A stretch of DNA of 30,265 nucleotides from Thaumarchaeota archaeon UBA160 (GTDB taxonomy: Archaea; Thermoproteota; Nitrososphaeria; Conexivisphaerales; UBA164), in assembly GCA_002506605.1 (NCBI GenBank), contig DAXX01000067.1, positions 1 through 30,265 of the forward strand, given 5' to 3'. Each line of letters begins with the position of its first letter. Within the stretch, counting starts at the first letter, position 1. Below, one piece after another: positions 7,538-17,371 of the stretch. Below the pieces are notes generated by a model, which was given only the letters and a program-made list of their open reading frames with translations, made no database searches and was not told the DNA's origin. The position numbers were made by a program, and so were the translations under genes.

Positions 7538-8467
7538 TTGTATAAACAGTTGTTATTGAAAAGTATAGAAGCATACTTTTTCGGCATATTTCCTAGGTCT
7601 GAAAAGCTTATAGATATAACGCGTACAAAACAAAACTATTATGAAGATCTTTTGATGGAGTCGATCAAAATAGTTGAGTACCAAAAATCGCGAGGTTTAA
7701 AGATTATCAGCGATCCGCAAATAACGTGGGAAGATACGTTTAGGCCTTTAGCGTTATCAGCTGACGGCATAAGCGTTAACGGGCTTAACAGATATTTTGA
7801 GACAAACACGTTTTATAAAGTTCCAGTTATAAGTTCAAAACCTATTATTAAAGAAGGCTCATTAAAAAAATACCTCACTAGAGGTTCATCTTTAATATCG
7901 TTCCCTGACCCTTTTACATTTTCATGTTTAAGCAAAGATAAGTTCTATGGAGATAAAAAAGCATTAATCCGGGGGATAGGAGAACTTTTAGCGTCTTTCG
8001 CTTCAGAGGTTAATAAAGAAGGCTATAAATACCTAATATTAAAGGCCCCTTCATATGGCAATTGCGAATTCAAAGGTTATGAAGAAAGTATAAAAGATGC
8101 TTTATCCATGATCAAAAGCTCTTTTAAAGGAGAAGTCATAGCTCACGTTTATTTTTACAAAAATATGGAATCGCTAAACTTTTTAGCTTCATCTGCTATT
8201 GACGTTATAGGGGTTGACATGTATTCGTTTCAGATTGACGAAGTGAAAAAAATGGATAACAAAGGAAAAGGGTTAGCATTAGGCGTCATAAACGGCCTTA
8301 ACACCAAAATGGAAAAGAAAAAGACCATAATTGATATGATTGAAAAAATAAACCTTAATGTCAATAAGTTATATGTATCAAATAACGTTGACTTTGAATT
8401 TTTACCTCAAAAATTTGCATTAAAAAAAGTAGATTTGCTTTCAGAAATATCAGGTGATATTTTATGA
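7538..8467 (+). CDS. Cobalamin-independent methionine synthase, N-terminal-half-like subunit (split MetE)
   Basis: GIFPRS, ISDPQITWED, RYFETNTFYKVP, PDPFTF, GLALGVING. Lacks the Zn ligands. Overlaps the next gene by ATGA. Confidence 0.8.
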   Translation: MYKQLLLKSIEAYFFGIFPRSEKLIDITRTKQNYYEDLLMESIKIVEYQKSRGLKIISDPQITWEDTFRPLALSADGISVNGLNRYFETNTFYKVPVISSKPIIKEGSLKKYLTRGSSLISFPDPFTFSCLSKDKFYGDKKALIRGIGELLASFASEVNKEGYKYLILKAPSYGNCEFKGYEESIKDALSMIKSSFKGEVIAHVYFYKNMESLNFLASSAIDVIGVDMYSFQIDEVKKMDNKGKGLALGVINGLNTKMEKKKTIIDMIEKINLNVNKLYVSNNVDFEFLPQKFALKKVDLLSEISGDIL

Positions 8468-9468
8468 ATATTTTTAAAACACAAGAAATAGGTAGCTTAA
8501 AAAAGCCAACCTGGCTTTTAGAATTTTTAAGATCAAATCATTCAGAGGACGAGAAAAAAGCCGCTCTTGACGATGCTTCTTTCGTAAATTTAAAAATGCT
8601 TGAATATATAGGATTGGACTTCGTTTATGATGGTGAAGCACGAAGGGTTGAAATGTATGAGCTTCCTGTAAAGTATATACATGGTTTTGAATTTGTAGGG
8701 CGAGTTAGATCATGGGACAACAAATACTATAAAAAAGCTAGGGTTGTTGATAAAATATCTTATGTAAAAAACTATCATTTTGAAGAGTTTGTTTTTGTAA
8801 AAGAACACGCTTCAAAGACGCCAAAGATACCGGTAACAGGCGCTTACACGTTAATGGACTGGTCTTATGATGAATACTACAACTCTAGGGAGGAGCTCGC
8901 GATGGACCTAGCTAAAAACGTAATCAACAGAATACTGAAAGAGTTAGAGGGCGTAGGAATGCAAGTTGTGCAGATAGACGAGCCCGCTGCTACAACGCAT
9001 CCATCAGAAATGGACATGTTTGTTGAAATATTTAACGAGCAAGTTAAAGGGATTAACGCCAAGGTTAACACTCATATATGTTATAGTGGTGATGAATATG
9101 CAAGCCTTATGCCGGTGATTCCTGATTTGAAGGCAACACACTTTGCTCTTGAGTTTGCAAACAGAGACTCTACAAACCTTGGGATTGATGATGATTCAAG
9201 GCCGGGTTACAAAGCTCTTAAAGCTTTCAAAGAATATGCGGGCGACAAGGAAATAGGAGTTGGCGTCCTAGACGTTCATTCTGACTATATAGAGCCTCCA
9301 GAGCTTATAAGAGATAGAATTCTTTATGCGGTTAAGATATTAGGGGACCCATCAAAGGTTTACGTTAACCCTGATTGCGGTTTAAGAACAAGAAGAAGAG
9401 ACATAGCTTTCGCAAAGCTAAAAAACATGATTAAAGGAGTCAAACTGGCCGAAGAAGCGCTAAGATGA
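8464..9468 (+). CDS. metE: Cobalamin-independent methionine synthase catalytic subunit (MetE C-terminal half)
   Basis: EIGSL.KP, DGEARR, QIDEPA, Zn ligands THICY / LEFA / NPDCGLRTR. SD-like GGTGA upstream. Confidence 0.92.
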   Translation: MNIFKTQEIGSLKKPTWLLEFLRSNHSEDEKKAALDDASFVNLKMLEYIGLDFVYDGEARRVEMYELPVKYIHGFEFVGRVRSWDNKYYKKARVVDKISYVKNYHFEEFVFVKEHASKTPKIPVTGAYTLMDWSYDEYYNSREELAMDLAKNVINRILKELEGVGMQVVQIDEPAATTHPSEMDMFVEIFNEQVKGINAKVNTHICYSGDEYASLMPVIPDLKATHFALEFANRDSTNLGIDDDSRPGYKALKAFKEYAGDKEIGVGVLDVHSDYIEPPELIRDRILYAVKILGDPSKVYVNPDCGLRTRRRDIAFAKLKNMIKGVKLAEEALR

Positions 9469-10145
9469 AAGTTACATTCATATTAGCGGAAGCCGCGCTA
9501 GAAACTTTACCGGTCAGCCTTCAAAAAGATCCTAGAGTTATAAGTTCATGTAAAAAGTTTGGTAAAAAACCAGAAAATTGTTTGCTAGATAAATCACTTC
9601 ATTACTGGGCGATGGATAAGTTAAAAGACAAGGAAAAAAGAGGCAGGCCTGATATAGCTTTTAGGGTTGTCCAGGATGTGACTTCATCGCCGCTCTATAA
9701 ATCTGGCATGCTAAATTTTTTTATTCACACTTATAACGATTATGTAATTGAGTTTGGTGATAATGTAAGGCCGCCACATGCCTATTTTAGGTTTGAGGGA
9801 CTTATAGTCGACCTATTTAAAAAGAAAACAATAAAAGATGCAAATGGTAAAGTTTTGCTCCAAGTTAGACATGGAAAGGTTAAAGATGTTTTGAACGGAA
9901 TGGGATTGAGCTCAGCTGTAGGTTTTGAAATTAATGGCGAAAAATCTACATATGAGCAGGCAGCCGCAGAAATAGTCGCAGGTGGCGCATTTATTATAGG
10001 GGGCTTTCCTTCCGGCAATTTTTCAACAGAAACCGCTTCGATTTTTTCTAAAAAGCTATCGTTATCACAGGAAACTATAGAGACAGATACTGTAGCTTGT
10101 AGAGTGATATATGAACTTGAAAAAATTCTTCTGTTTAAAAAATGA
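9465..10145 (+). CDS. nep1: 16S rRNA pseudouridine N1-methyltransferase Nep1/Emg1
   Basis: LAEAALE, LLDKSLHYWAM, RGRPDI, FFIHT, RPP..YFRFEGL, IIGGFPSGNF (SPOUT). Confidence 0.93.
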   Translation: MKVTFILAEAALETLPVSLQKDPRVISSCKKFGKKPENCLLDKSLHYWAMDKLKDKEKRGRPDIAFRVVQDVTSSPLYKSGMLNFFIHTYNDYVIEFGDNVRPPHAYFRFEGLIVDLFKKKTIKDANGKVLLQVRHGKVKDVLNGMGLSSAVGFEINGEKSTYEQAAAEIVAGGAFIIGGFPSGNFSTETASIFSKKLSLSQETIETDTVACRVIYELEKILLFKK

Positions 10146-10147
10146 TT

Positions 10148-10178
10148 AAAGTTTTTGAAAGTTTTTGGTAAAGTTTTT
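10148..10178 (+). repeat. Three direct copies of AAAGTTTTT between nep1 and thermosome
   Basis: Copies at 10148, 10158 and 10170. May act as oligo-T terminators for nep1 and/or the thermosome promoter. Confidence 0.55.
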
Positions 10179-10219
10179 AAATGCTATAACTTATATTACC
10201 ATAGTCAGGTGATGTAATA

Positions 10220-11899
10220 ATGTCTACTGTTCAAACTCCTTATGGTCCAATCTTGGTTTTAAAAGAAGGAACAACAGAAACTAAAGGCTACGATGCTATA
10301 AGAAACAACATAGAGGCAGCGTTAGTGATAACTGAGATCATAAAGACCTCTTTAGGTCCTAGAGGAATGGACAAGATGTTAGTGGATACTCTTGGTGACG
10401 TAACAATAACAAATGATGGAGCAACAATGCTTAAGCAACTGGATGTTCAGCACCCCGCGGCAAAAATTTTGGTGGAGATTGCAAAAGCTACCGACGCTGA
10501 AGTTGGAGATGGTACGACATCTGCAGTAGTGTTTGCTGGGAAACTTCTTGAAGAAGCAAGGAAGCTACTCGACAAGAACGTTCATCCAACAAACATAGTT
10601 GACGGTTATCAGTACGCTTCAAAAAAAGCCATTGAAAGGCTTTACAAAATAGCAATAAAGATATCTCCAGAAGACAGAGAATGGCTTGTAAAACTTGCAA
10701 AAACAAGCATGAGGTCTAAGATAATAGCGGAAGAATCGGATTATTTGGCGAATTTGGTTATTGATGCTGTCTTCCAAGTTGCTGAGAAGAGAGACGACAA
10801 TACATACAAGGTAGATGTAGATAACATTTCAGTTTTAAAGAAACAAGGAGGTTCTATGGCCGATTCCACCCTTGTCAAAGGAATAATAGTTGATAAGGAA
10901 GTTGTTCACAGCGGCATGCCAAAGATGGTAAAGAACGCAAAGATAGCGCTCTTGAACGCGCCTCTTGAAATCGAGAAAACAGAATACAGCGCAGAAATAA
11001 GGATAAGCGACCCCTCAAAGATGAAGGCTTTCTTGGATCAGGAAGCTGTCATGCTTAAACAGATGGTCGACAAAATAAAAGAGGTAGGCGCAAACGTAGT
11101 GTTTTGTCAAAAAGGTATTGATGATTTAGCCCAGCACTATCTAGCTAAGTCAGGGATATTAGCTGTAAGAAGGGTAAAAGAAAGCGATATGGGAAGGCTT
11201 GCAAAAGCTACAGGAGGCAGAATTGTTACTAACATTGAAGATCTAACTCCGGCTGACTTAGGATATGCAGAACTTGTTGAAGAAAGAAAGGTTGAAGAAG
11301 ATAAATGGGTCTTTGTAGAAGGTTGCAAGAATCCAAAGGCAGTAAGCATTTTGATAAGAGGCGGAAGTCAAAGGGTTGTAGACGAAGCTGAAAGGTCAAT
11401 ACACGATGCTATAATGGTTACAAAAGATGTGCTTGAAAACCCGCTTGTAGTTGCGGGAGGAGGGGCACCTGAAGAAGAAATGGCTCAGTACATAAGAGAA
11501 GAAGCAAAGAAGATGCCAGGCAGGGATCAGCTTGCGGCGCTTGCATACGCTGATGCTCTAGAAGAATCTATACCATTGACTTTAGCCGAAAATGCTGGAA
11601 TGGATCCTCTTGATGTACAAGTTGAGCTCAGAGCGGCACACTCAAAAGGAAACATATGGTACGGCGTTGATGCATATAGCAACAAAGTTGAAGATATGGC
11701 AAAGCTTGGAGTCTTTGAGCCTGCCATAGTAAAGGAACAGGTTATAAAAGCCGCAACTGAAGCAGCAACAATGATACTTAGAATAGACGATGTTATAGCC
11801 GCAAAGCTTTCTAAACCTCCATCAGGCGGAACAGGAAGCAAGCCTCCAAGCGGAGAAGGGGGAGAGGAAGGCGGCTCTACGCCGAACCTACCAGAATAA
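10220..11899 (+). CDS. ths: Thermosome subunit (group II chaperonin)
   Basis: SLGPRGMDKML, TNDGAT, GDGTT, GGGAPE, AENAG, ILRIDD. SD-like GGTGA upstream. Confidence 0.98.
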   Translation: MSTVQTPYGPILVLKEGTTETKGYDAIRNNIEAALVITEIIKTSLGPRGMDKMLVDTLGDVTITNDGATMLKQLDVQHPAAKILVEIAKATDAEVGDGTTSAVVFAGKLLEEARKLLDKNVHPTNIVDGYQYASKKAIERLYKIAIKISPEDREWLVKLAKTSMRSKIIAEESDYLANLVIDAVFQVAEKRDDNTYKVDVDNISVLKKQGGSMADSTLVKGIIVDKEVVHSGMPKMVKNAKIALLNAPLEIEKTEYSAEIRISDPSKMKAFLDQEAVMLKQMVDKIKEVGANVVFCQKGIDDLAQHYLAKSGILAVRRVKESDMGRLAKATGGRIVTNIEDLTPADLGYAELVEERKVEEDKWVFVEGCKNPKAVSILIRGGSQRVVDEAERSIHDAIMVTKDVLENPLVVAGGGAPEEEMAQYIREEAKKMPGRDQLAALAYADALEESIPLTLAENAGMDPLDVQVELRAAHSKGNIWYGVDAYSNKVEDMAKLGVFEPAIVKEQVIKAATEAATMILRIDDVIAAKLSKPPSGGTGSKPPSGEGGEEGGSTPNLPE

Positions 11900-11914
11900 A
11901 AATTTTATTTTTTC
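11900..11914 (+). terminator. T-rich tract between convergent thermosome and ACT genes
   Basis: Oligo-T run immediately after the thermosome stop codon, typical of archaeal intrinsic termination. Confidence 0.35.
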
Positions 11915-12601
11915 TCATTCTTTTAACTTTTCTTTTGAATAATTTATAAGATGAGTTATTTCTTCAAAAGCTTTTGATGCATCTTCATCCTTCACCACTA
12001 TAAGCGTGTCTGTATAGGTGCTGGACGTATCCTCTATATTTATTCCGGCAGAACTTATAAACCTGTAAATAAGTTCTATGCAACCTGGAGTGTTCAGTAT
12101 TTCTGCAGGGCTATGTATTACTATAAGCGTGAGACCGTCCTTTATTTCCAGAAGCTGTAATCTGTATTTAGAAAATCTTTTTAATGCTTCGGTTTTAGAT
12201 AAACCATATGTAACCAACGTTAGGGCGCTAGAAGTTTTTGAAATATGAATAATCTTATCAGAAATGTTCATGCTGCTTTCTATTATCTCTTCTGCCTTTT
12301 CATTTTTAAAAACAATCTTTAAAGCATCAGTTATTATTGTTATGTTGCTTTTAGATAGGACCTTAAAGGCTTCAAGCTCATCGTACCGTTTAGCGCTTTT
12401 GTACCTTTTTAAAGCAGATACGATAGCCTCTTCGGTAACGGCATAACCCTGCCTCTCAAGGCGTTTTTTGATAATCCTTGCTAAAGCGCTCAGGTTAGCG
12501 TAGCCCATCATCAACGCATGCTCATACGAGAGATTAGAAGATACTATTGAATGTACAAATTTTGTTATAGATTGACCATTTTTGGTCATTAACTTACCCA
12601 T
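11915..12601 (-). CDS. ACT-domain protein with N-terminal helical (possible DNA-binding) region
   Basis: C-terminal ACT-like IHSPAEILNTPGCIELIYRFISSAGINIEDTSSTYTDTLIVV; N-terminal GYANLSALARII. ATG 12601 (or 12589) preferred because the 12697 ORF start overlaps argG. Confidence 0.75.
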   Translation of the reverse strand: MGKLMTKNGQSITKFVHSIVSSNLSYEHALMMGYANLSALARIIKKRLERQGYAVTEEAIVSALKRYKSAKRYDELEAFKVLSKSNITIITDALKIVFKNEKAEEIIESSMNISDKIIHISKTSSALTLVTYGLSKTEALKRFSKYRLQLLEIKDGLTLIVIHSPAEILNTPGCIELIYRFISSAGINIEDTSSTYTDTLIVVKDEDASKAFEEITHLINYSKEKLKE

Positions 12602-12621
12602 TACTATAAATAATGACCAAA

Positions 12622-12633
12622 AAGTATAAAAAC
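12622..12633. promoter_or_regulatory. Shared TATA element (AAGTATAAAAAC) between divergent ACT gene and argG
   Basis: TATAAA at 12625-12630 lies about 27 nt from both ATG 12655 (+) and ATG 12601 (-). Confidence 0.45.
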
Positions 12634-12654
12634 TTTGCCAAATTGGTTTTTTGT

Positions 12655-13854
12655 ATGGGAAAAACAGTATTGGCCTATTCAGGAGGATTAGATACAACGA
12701 CCTGTATAGCTTGGATAAAAGAAAAATATGGAAATGAAGTCATAACAGTTACTGTCGACGTAGGTCAGCAAGAAGATTTTAAAGAGATAGAGGAAAGAGC
12801 ATACAAAGCAGGCGCTTTAAAACATTACTTTTTAGATGCCAAAGATGAATTTGCAAATGAATATATTTCCGTAGCTATAAAGGCAAACGCTCTTTATGAA
12901 AAAAAATATCCGCTAAGCACATCCTTAGCGAGGCCGTTAATAGCGAAGAAAGTTGCAGAAATAGCAAAGAAAGAAAACGCTGATTCTGTGGCTCACGGAA
13001 GCACAGGAAAAGGTAACGATCAGGTCAGGTTTGACGTAACTTTAAAAGCTATCTACCCTGGTGTTAAAATAATAGCTCCAGTTAGAGAATGGAACATGAG
13101 CAGAGATGAAGAGCTAAAATATCTTCTAAGTAAAGGCATACCCTATAAACCGTCTAGAAGCGAATTTAGCGTTGATGAAAACCTTTGGGGGAGATCTATA
13201 GAAAGCGGTAGACTTGAAGATCCGTATTTTGAGCCTCCGGAGGAAGCTTTCGCATGGACAGTTTCGCCTGAAAAAGCACCTGACAAACCAGAGTACCTAG
13301 AGATAGGTTTTAAAAAAGGTGTGCCGGACACGCTCAACGGAAAAAGAATGAAGCTTTCTGAAATGATTGCGTATCTTAACCAAGTAGCTGGGAAAAACGG
13401 TGTAGGAAGGATAGATCATATTGAGGATAGGGTTGTCGGTATAAAGTCGCGTGAAGTTTATGAGACGCCGGCGGCGCTTGTTTTAATCGAGGCTCACCAA
13501 GAATTAGAAAAATTAACATTGCCAAAAACTATACTCAGGTTTAAACCATATATAGAAGAACAATGGTCTTACATGATATATGACGGCTTATGGGCAGACC
13601 CTTTGAGGAACGCGCTTGAAGCGTTCATAAATGAAACCCAGAACAACGTTGAAGGCGAAGTTAAGGTAAAGCTGTTTAAAGGTAATGTAAGTATAGTAGG
13701 CAGAAAGTCTGACAAATCGCTGTATAAGCACGAGCTCTCAACCTACTCCTCAGCATCAACGTTTGATCAAAAACAGGCGGTTGGCTTCATTAACCTTTTT
13801 GCATTACAAACTTTAGTTTACAACGAGGTAAATGAGGATGACGGACATTCTTAG
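12655..13854 (+). CDS. argG: Argininosuccinate synthase
   Basis: VLAYSGGLDT, YPLSTSLARP, HGSTGKGNDQVRF, SVDENLWGRSIE, SREVYE. Start at MGKTVL (12655). Confidence 0.97.
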   Translation: MGKTVLAYSGGLDTTTCIAWIKEKYGNEVITVTVDVGQQEDFKEIEERAYKAGALKHYFLDAKDEFANEYISVAIKANALYEKKYPLSTSLARPLIAKKVAEIAKKENADSVAHGSTGKGNDQVRFDVTLKAIYPGVKIIAPVREWNMSRDEELKYLLSKGIPYKPSRSEFSVDENLWGRSIESGRLEDPYFEPPEEAFAWTVSPEKAPDKPEYLEIGFKKGVPDTLNGKRMKLSEMIAYLNQVAGKNGVGRIDHIEDRVVGIKSREVYETPAALVLIEAHQELEKLTLPKTILRFKPYIEEQWSYMIYDGLWADPLRNALEAFINETQNNVEGEVKVKLFKGNVSIVGRKSDKSLYKHELSTYSSASTFDQKQAVGFINLFALQTLVYNEVNEDDGHS

Positions 13855-15271
13855 GGGAAAAAGGCTGGAACCAATGGACGAGCTGGCGCTCAAGATAACG
13901 TCATCTGTGGAAGCTGATAAAAGAATACAAAAAGCGGTTGTGTACATAAACATGGCGCATGTCCTTGCTCTATATAACGCCAGAGCTATATCTAAAGAAG
14001 ATATGACAAAAATAATGAAGGCTTTAAGCGAAGAGCTTGGAGGTTTTCCTCTTGACTATAGGTATGAAGACGTTCATATGAGCCTAGAACAGGATCTAAG
14101 TTTGAAAATAGGAGACATAGCTGGTCATATAGGACTGGCAAAAAGCAGAAATGATCAGGTAGCAACCGCTATAAGGCTTGAGCTAAGGGAAGAACTTTTA
14201 TCTTTAATGGAATCTCTGGAAGCATTGATAGAAAATATACTGAATGTATCTTCTGAAAATGTAAAAACGTTTTTTATAACATTTACCCACCTTCAACCAG
14301 CTCAGGCAAGCACAGGAGCGCATTGGCTACTTTCATACGCTTGGGCTTTTCTAAGAGATATGGAGCGCCTAAAAATGGCTTATGCAATGGTAGACATGAG
14401 TCCAATGGGTTCCGCCGCCAATGCAGGATCTCTTGTTCCAATAGATAGGTATGAAGAAGCTGAGATGCTAGGTTTTTCTGGTTTGATAGAAAATACGCTT
14501 GACGCGGTTTCTGCTAGAGATTTTATATTTGATGCATTGTATAGCATTACAAGCATTTCTCTTAATCTATCTAAACTAAGCGCGGACATTATAGCTTTTA
14601 TGTCTTTAGGTATCTTAGACTTGGACGATAAATTTGTGTCAACCAGCAGTATAATGCCTCAGAAAAGGAATCCGGTTGTTGCAGAAATAGTTAGATCCAA
14701 AAGTTCTATTTTAATGTCCAATTTAATTGGAGCTATGGAGATAGTAAGAGGATTAAACTCTTCATATAACCTTGATCTGCAGGAAATTACACCCAAACTC
14801 TGGGCATCAATCGATGAAATATCAATGATCCTTAAGGTTATGTCAGGCATGGTTTTAGGAATAAAGTTTAATCAGAAGAAAGCAGAAGAGCTTGCTAAAA
14901 AAGCGTTCGTAACTGCCAGCGATCTTGCCGAGTTTATATCTTTAAAGTATAGTGTTCCGTTCAGAGAAGCTCACCATATTGTTGGAGAAGCGGTTAAGGG
15001 TTCAGAAGAGGGTGAGGAACTTGCATCAACGCTGATTGAGCTTCTTAAACAAAAAGGAATAAATGTGAACGCTGAAGAGATAAACAAAATTCTAAACCCA
15101 ACCATTTCAATTGAAAGTAAAATAACAGCTGGCGGCCCTCATCCAAAAGAAAGCTTAAGACAGATAAACATGATTAACCTTAAACTTAAAGAATTCGAAG
15201 ATTTTGTTAGCACGTCCAAGAGAAAGATTGAAAAAACTTATCAAATGATGATTAATAAGGGGTGGTATTAA
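13838..15271 (+). CDS. argH: Argininosuccinate lyase
   Basis: EDVH, KSRNDQVATA, FTHLQPAQ, SSIMPQKRNP, YNLDLQE, PFREAH. Confidence 0.97.
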   Translation: MTDILRGKRLEPMDELALKITSSVEADKRIQKAVVYINMAHVLALYNARAISKEDMTKIMKALSEELGGFPLDYRYEDVHMSLEQDLSLKIGDIAGHIGLAKSRNDQVATAIRLELREELLSLMESLEALIENILNVSSENVKTFFITFTHLQPAQASTGAHWLLSYAWAFLRDMERLKMAYAMVDMSPMGSAANAGSLVPIDRYEEAEMLGFSGLIENTLDAVSARDFIFDALYSITSISLNLSKLSADIIAFMSLGILDLDDKFVSTSSIMPQKRNPVVAEIVRSKSSILMSNLIGAMEIVRGLNSSYNLDLQEITPKLWASIDEISMILKVMSGMVLGIKFNQKKAEELAKKAFVTASDLAEFISLKYSVPFREAHHIVGEAVKGSEEGEELASTLIELLKQKGINVNAEEINKILNPTISIESKITAGGPHPKESLRQINMINLKLKEFEDFVSTSKRKIEKTYQMMINKGWY

Positions 15272-15272
15272 A

Positions 15273-15452
15273 ATGCCTCTAAAAGCAAAATGTAAAGAAT
15301 GTGGCGCAGATATAGAAATACCAGACGACGCTTTACCCGGAGAAATAGTCAGCTGCCCAGACTGTGGCCTTGAATACGAAATAGTTTCTATATCGGCAGG
15401 AAAGGTCGAGCTCAAACTGGCAGAAGATATAGGAGAAGACTGGGGAGAATAA
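15273..15452 (+). CDS. lysW: LysW amino-group carrier protein (59 aa, missing from the ORF track)
   Basis: Read directly: MPLKAKCKECGADIEIPDDALPGEIVSCPDCGLEYEIVSISAGKVELKLAEDIGEDWGE, with two CxxC and the terminal EDWGE. Confidence 0.97.
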   Translation: MPLKAKCKECGADIEIPDDALPGEIVSCPDCGLEYEIVSISAGKVELKLAEDIGEDWGE

Positions 15453-15459
15453 GCTACAA

Positions 15460-16317
15460 ATGCCGGATGTAACTATAATATTTGATAGGCTAAGATGGGA
15501 GGAAAAAGAGCTGTTCGAGAAAGGCAAAGAACTAGGGCTGGATATAAACATGCTTGACGTAAAAAGCGAGCCTAAAGAGCTTACAAACTTTACTCACGAT
15601 CCTCAAATTGCAGATATAGTATTGCAAAGAACTATAAGCCACTATCGGGGTTTATACTATGCAGCTATTCTTGAAAATTACGGACATACAGTAATAAATT
15701 CATTTATAACTTCATTGCTCTGTGGCAACAAATTGCTTACAACACTTTTGCTGGCTAAAAATGGCATACCAACTCCTAAGACTTATGCTGCTTTTTCTAT
15801 GGAGTCGGCTTTAAAAGTTATTGACAAGCTTGGGTATCCTGTAGTAATTAAACCGATAGTTGGTAGCTGGGGAAGAATGATAGCTAAGATTAATGATAAA
15901 GAGCAAGCGGAATCGATTTTAGAAACTAGAGAAATGCTTACAGATCCTCAACAACAAATTTATTATATTCAAGAATATGTAAAAAGACCTCCAAGAGATA
16001 TCAGAGGAATAGTAGTAAACGGGCGCGTAATTGCCGCAATCTACAGATATCAGCCAGAAGATGATTGGAGAACAAACATAGCAAGAGGAGGAAAAGCTGA
16101 GCAGATAAAAATAGATGGAGAATTAGAGGATTTAATGATAAAAGCTTCAATGGTAGTAAATGCGAAGCTGGTCGGAGTGGATGCGATGGAAACAGAAAAC
16201 GGTTATGTAATTCATGAATTAAATAACAACTTAGAATTTCATGGCGCTTTTCAAGCTACAGGGATTGATATAGCTAAAGAAATAATGTTGTACGTTAAGG
16301 AGCTGGTGAAAAACTAA
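15460..16317 (+). CDS. argX: LysW-glutamate ligase (ArgX-type RimK/ATP-grasp)
   Basis: ATP-grasp GSWGR, WRTNIARGG (not the TNT of LysX), and position after argG-argH-lysW. Substrate assignment is inference. Confidence 0.8.
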   Translation: MPDVTIIFDRLRWEEKELFEKGKELGLDINMLDVKSEPKELTNFTHDPQIADIVLQRTISHYRGLYYAAILENYGHTVINSFITSLLCGNKLLTTLLLAKNGIPTPKTYAAFSMESALKVIDKLGYPVVIKPIVGSWGRMIAKINDKEQAESILETREMLTDPQQQIYYIQEYVKRPPRDIRGIVVNGRVIAAIYRYQPEDDWRTNIARGGKAEQIKIDGELEDLMIKASMVVNAKLVGVDAMETENGYVIHELNNNLEFHGAFQATGIDIAKEIMLYVKELVKN

Positions 16318-17366
16318 TGACCAAAGTTTCAATAATAGGAGCTTCAGGATATGTTGGCGGAGAACTTATAAGAATTCTTGTAAAGCATCCAAATATAGAA
16401 TTTGCATCTCTAACTTCTAGACAGTATGCTGGAGAATATGTTCATAAAGTTCATCCAAACCTAAAGGGTATACTAAATATGAGGTTCACAGGCGAAGATC
16501 CTGTTACAGCAGCTTCAAAAGCAGACTTGGTTTTTCTAGCATTGCCTCATAAAGCGTCTGTAAAGGTCGTGCCGGAGATAATAAAATTGGGCGTAAAAGT
16601 AATCGACATGAGCGCTGATTTTAGGCTGAAAGATCCTGAACAGTACAAGATCTGGTATAACTATGAGCATCCCTATCCGGATTTGTTAAAAAAATTTGTC
16701 TACGGTCTTCCTGAGCTTCATAGAGAAGAGCTTAAAAACGCAAATTATGTTTCGGCTCCTGGTTGTATGGCTACATCATCTATAATAAGTTTAGCGCCTC
16801 TTTACAGATACATTGGCGATGTCCCGATAATAGTCGATGCAAAGATAGGTTCTTCAGGAGCTGGCGGAAAACCCTCCTTGTCAACGCACTATTCTGAAAG
16901 GTATGGAGTGATAAGGCCTTATAAGCCGGCTGGCCACAGACACGCTGCTGAGATAGAACAGGAAATCAGCAAGCTGGCTGGTAAAAAATTAAAAGTCGGA
17001 ATGAGCGCGCATGCAGTAAACATAGTTAGAGGCATACTGACCACATCGCATGTTATTACAGATCAGCAGGTAACTGTTCAAGAACTATGGAGGGCCTATA
17101 GGGAGTTTTATAAGAACGAGCCTTTTGTAAGATTTATGATGGATAAAACAGGCATTTACAAATACCCTGATCCAAAAGTAGTAGTTGGTTCAAACTTTGC
17201 TGATGTTGGTTTTGATGTCGACGCGCACTCAAGCCGAATAATAGCTCTAGGAGCTATTGACAATTTGATAAAGGGCGCTGCTGGAAGTGCCGTCCAATCT
17301 ATGAATTTAATGCTTGGATTGGATGAAAGGCTAGGCCTTGACGCTCCGGCAATACATCCGGTGTAG
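16317..17366 (+). CDS. lysY: LysW-gamma-L-aminoadipyl/glutamyl-phosphate reductase (LysY/ArgC)
   Basis: GASGYVGGEL, FLALPH, DMSADFR, YGLPEL, APGCMATS, GSSGAG, IDNLIKGAAG. Confidence 0.95.
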   Translation: MTKVSIIGASGYVGGELIRILVKHPNIEFASLTSRQYAGEYVHKVHPNLKGILNMRFTGEDPVTAASKADLVFLALPHKASVKVVPEIIKLGVKVIDMSADFRLKDPEQYKIWYNYEHPYPDLLKKFVYGLPELHREELKNANYVSAPGCMATSSIISLAPLYRYIGDVPIIVDAKIGSSGAGGKPSLSTHYSERYGVIRPYKPAGHRHAAEIEQEISKLAGKKLKVGMSAHAVNIVRGILTTSHVITDQQVTVQELWRAYREFYKNEPFVRFMMDKTGIYKYPDPKVVVGSNFADVGFDVDAHSSRIIALGAIDNLIKGAAGSAVQSMNLMLGLDERLGLDAPAIHPV

Positions 17367-17371
17367 AAACC

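Noticed and set aside
12613-12697. ORF-track starts for argG (12613) and the ACT gene (12697)
   Set aside because: They would make the divergent genes overlap; downstream ATGs match family N-termini and promoter spacing.
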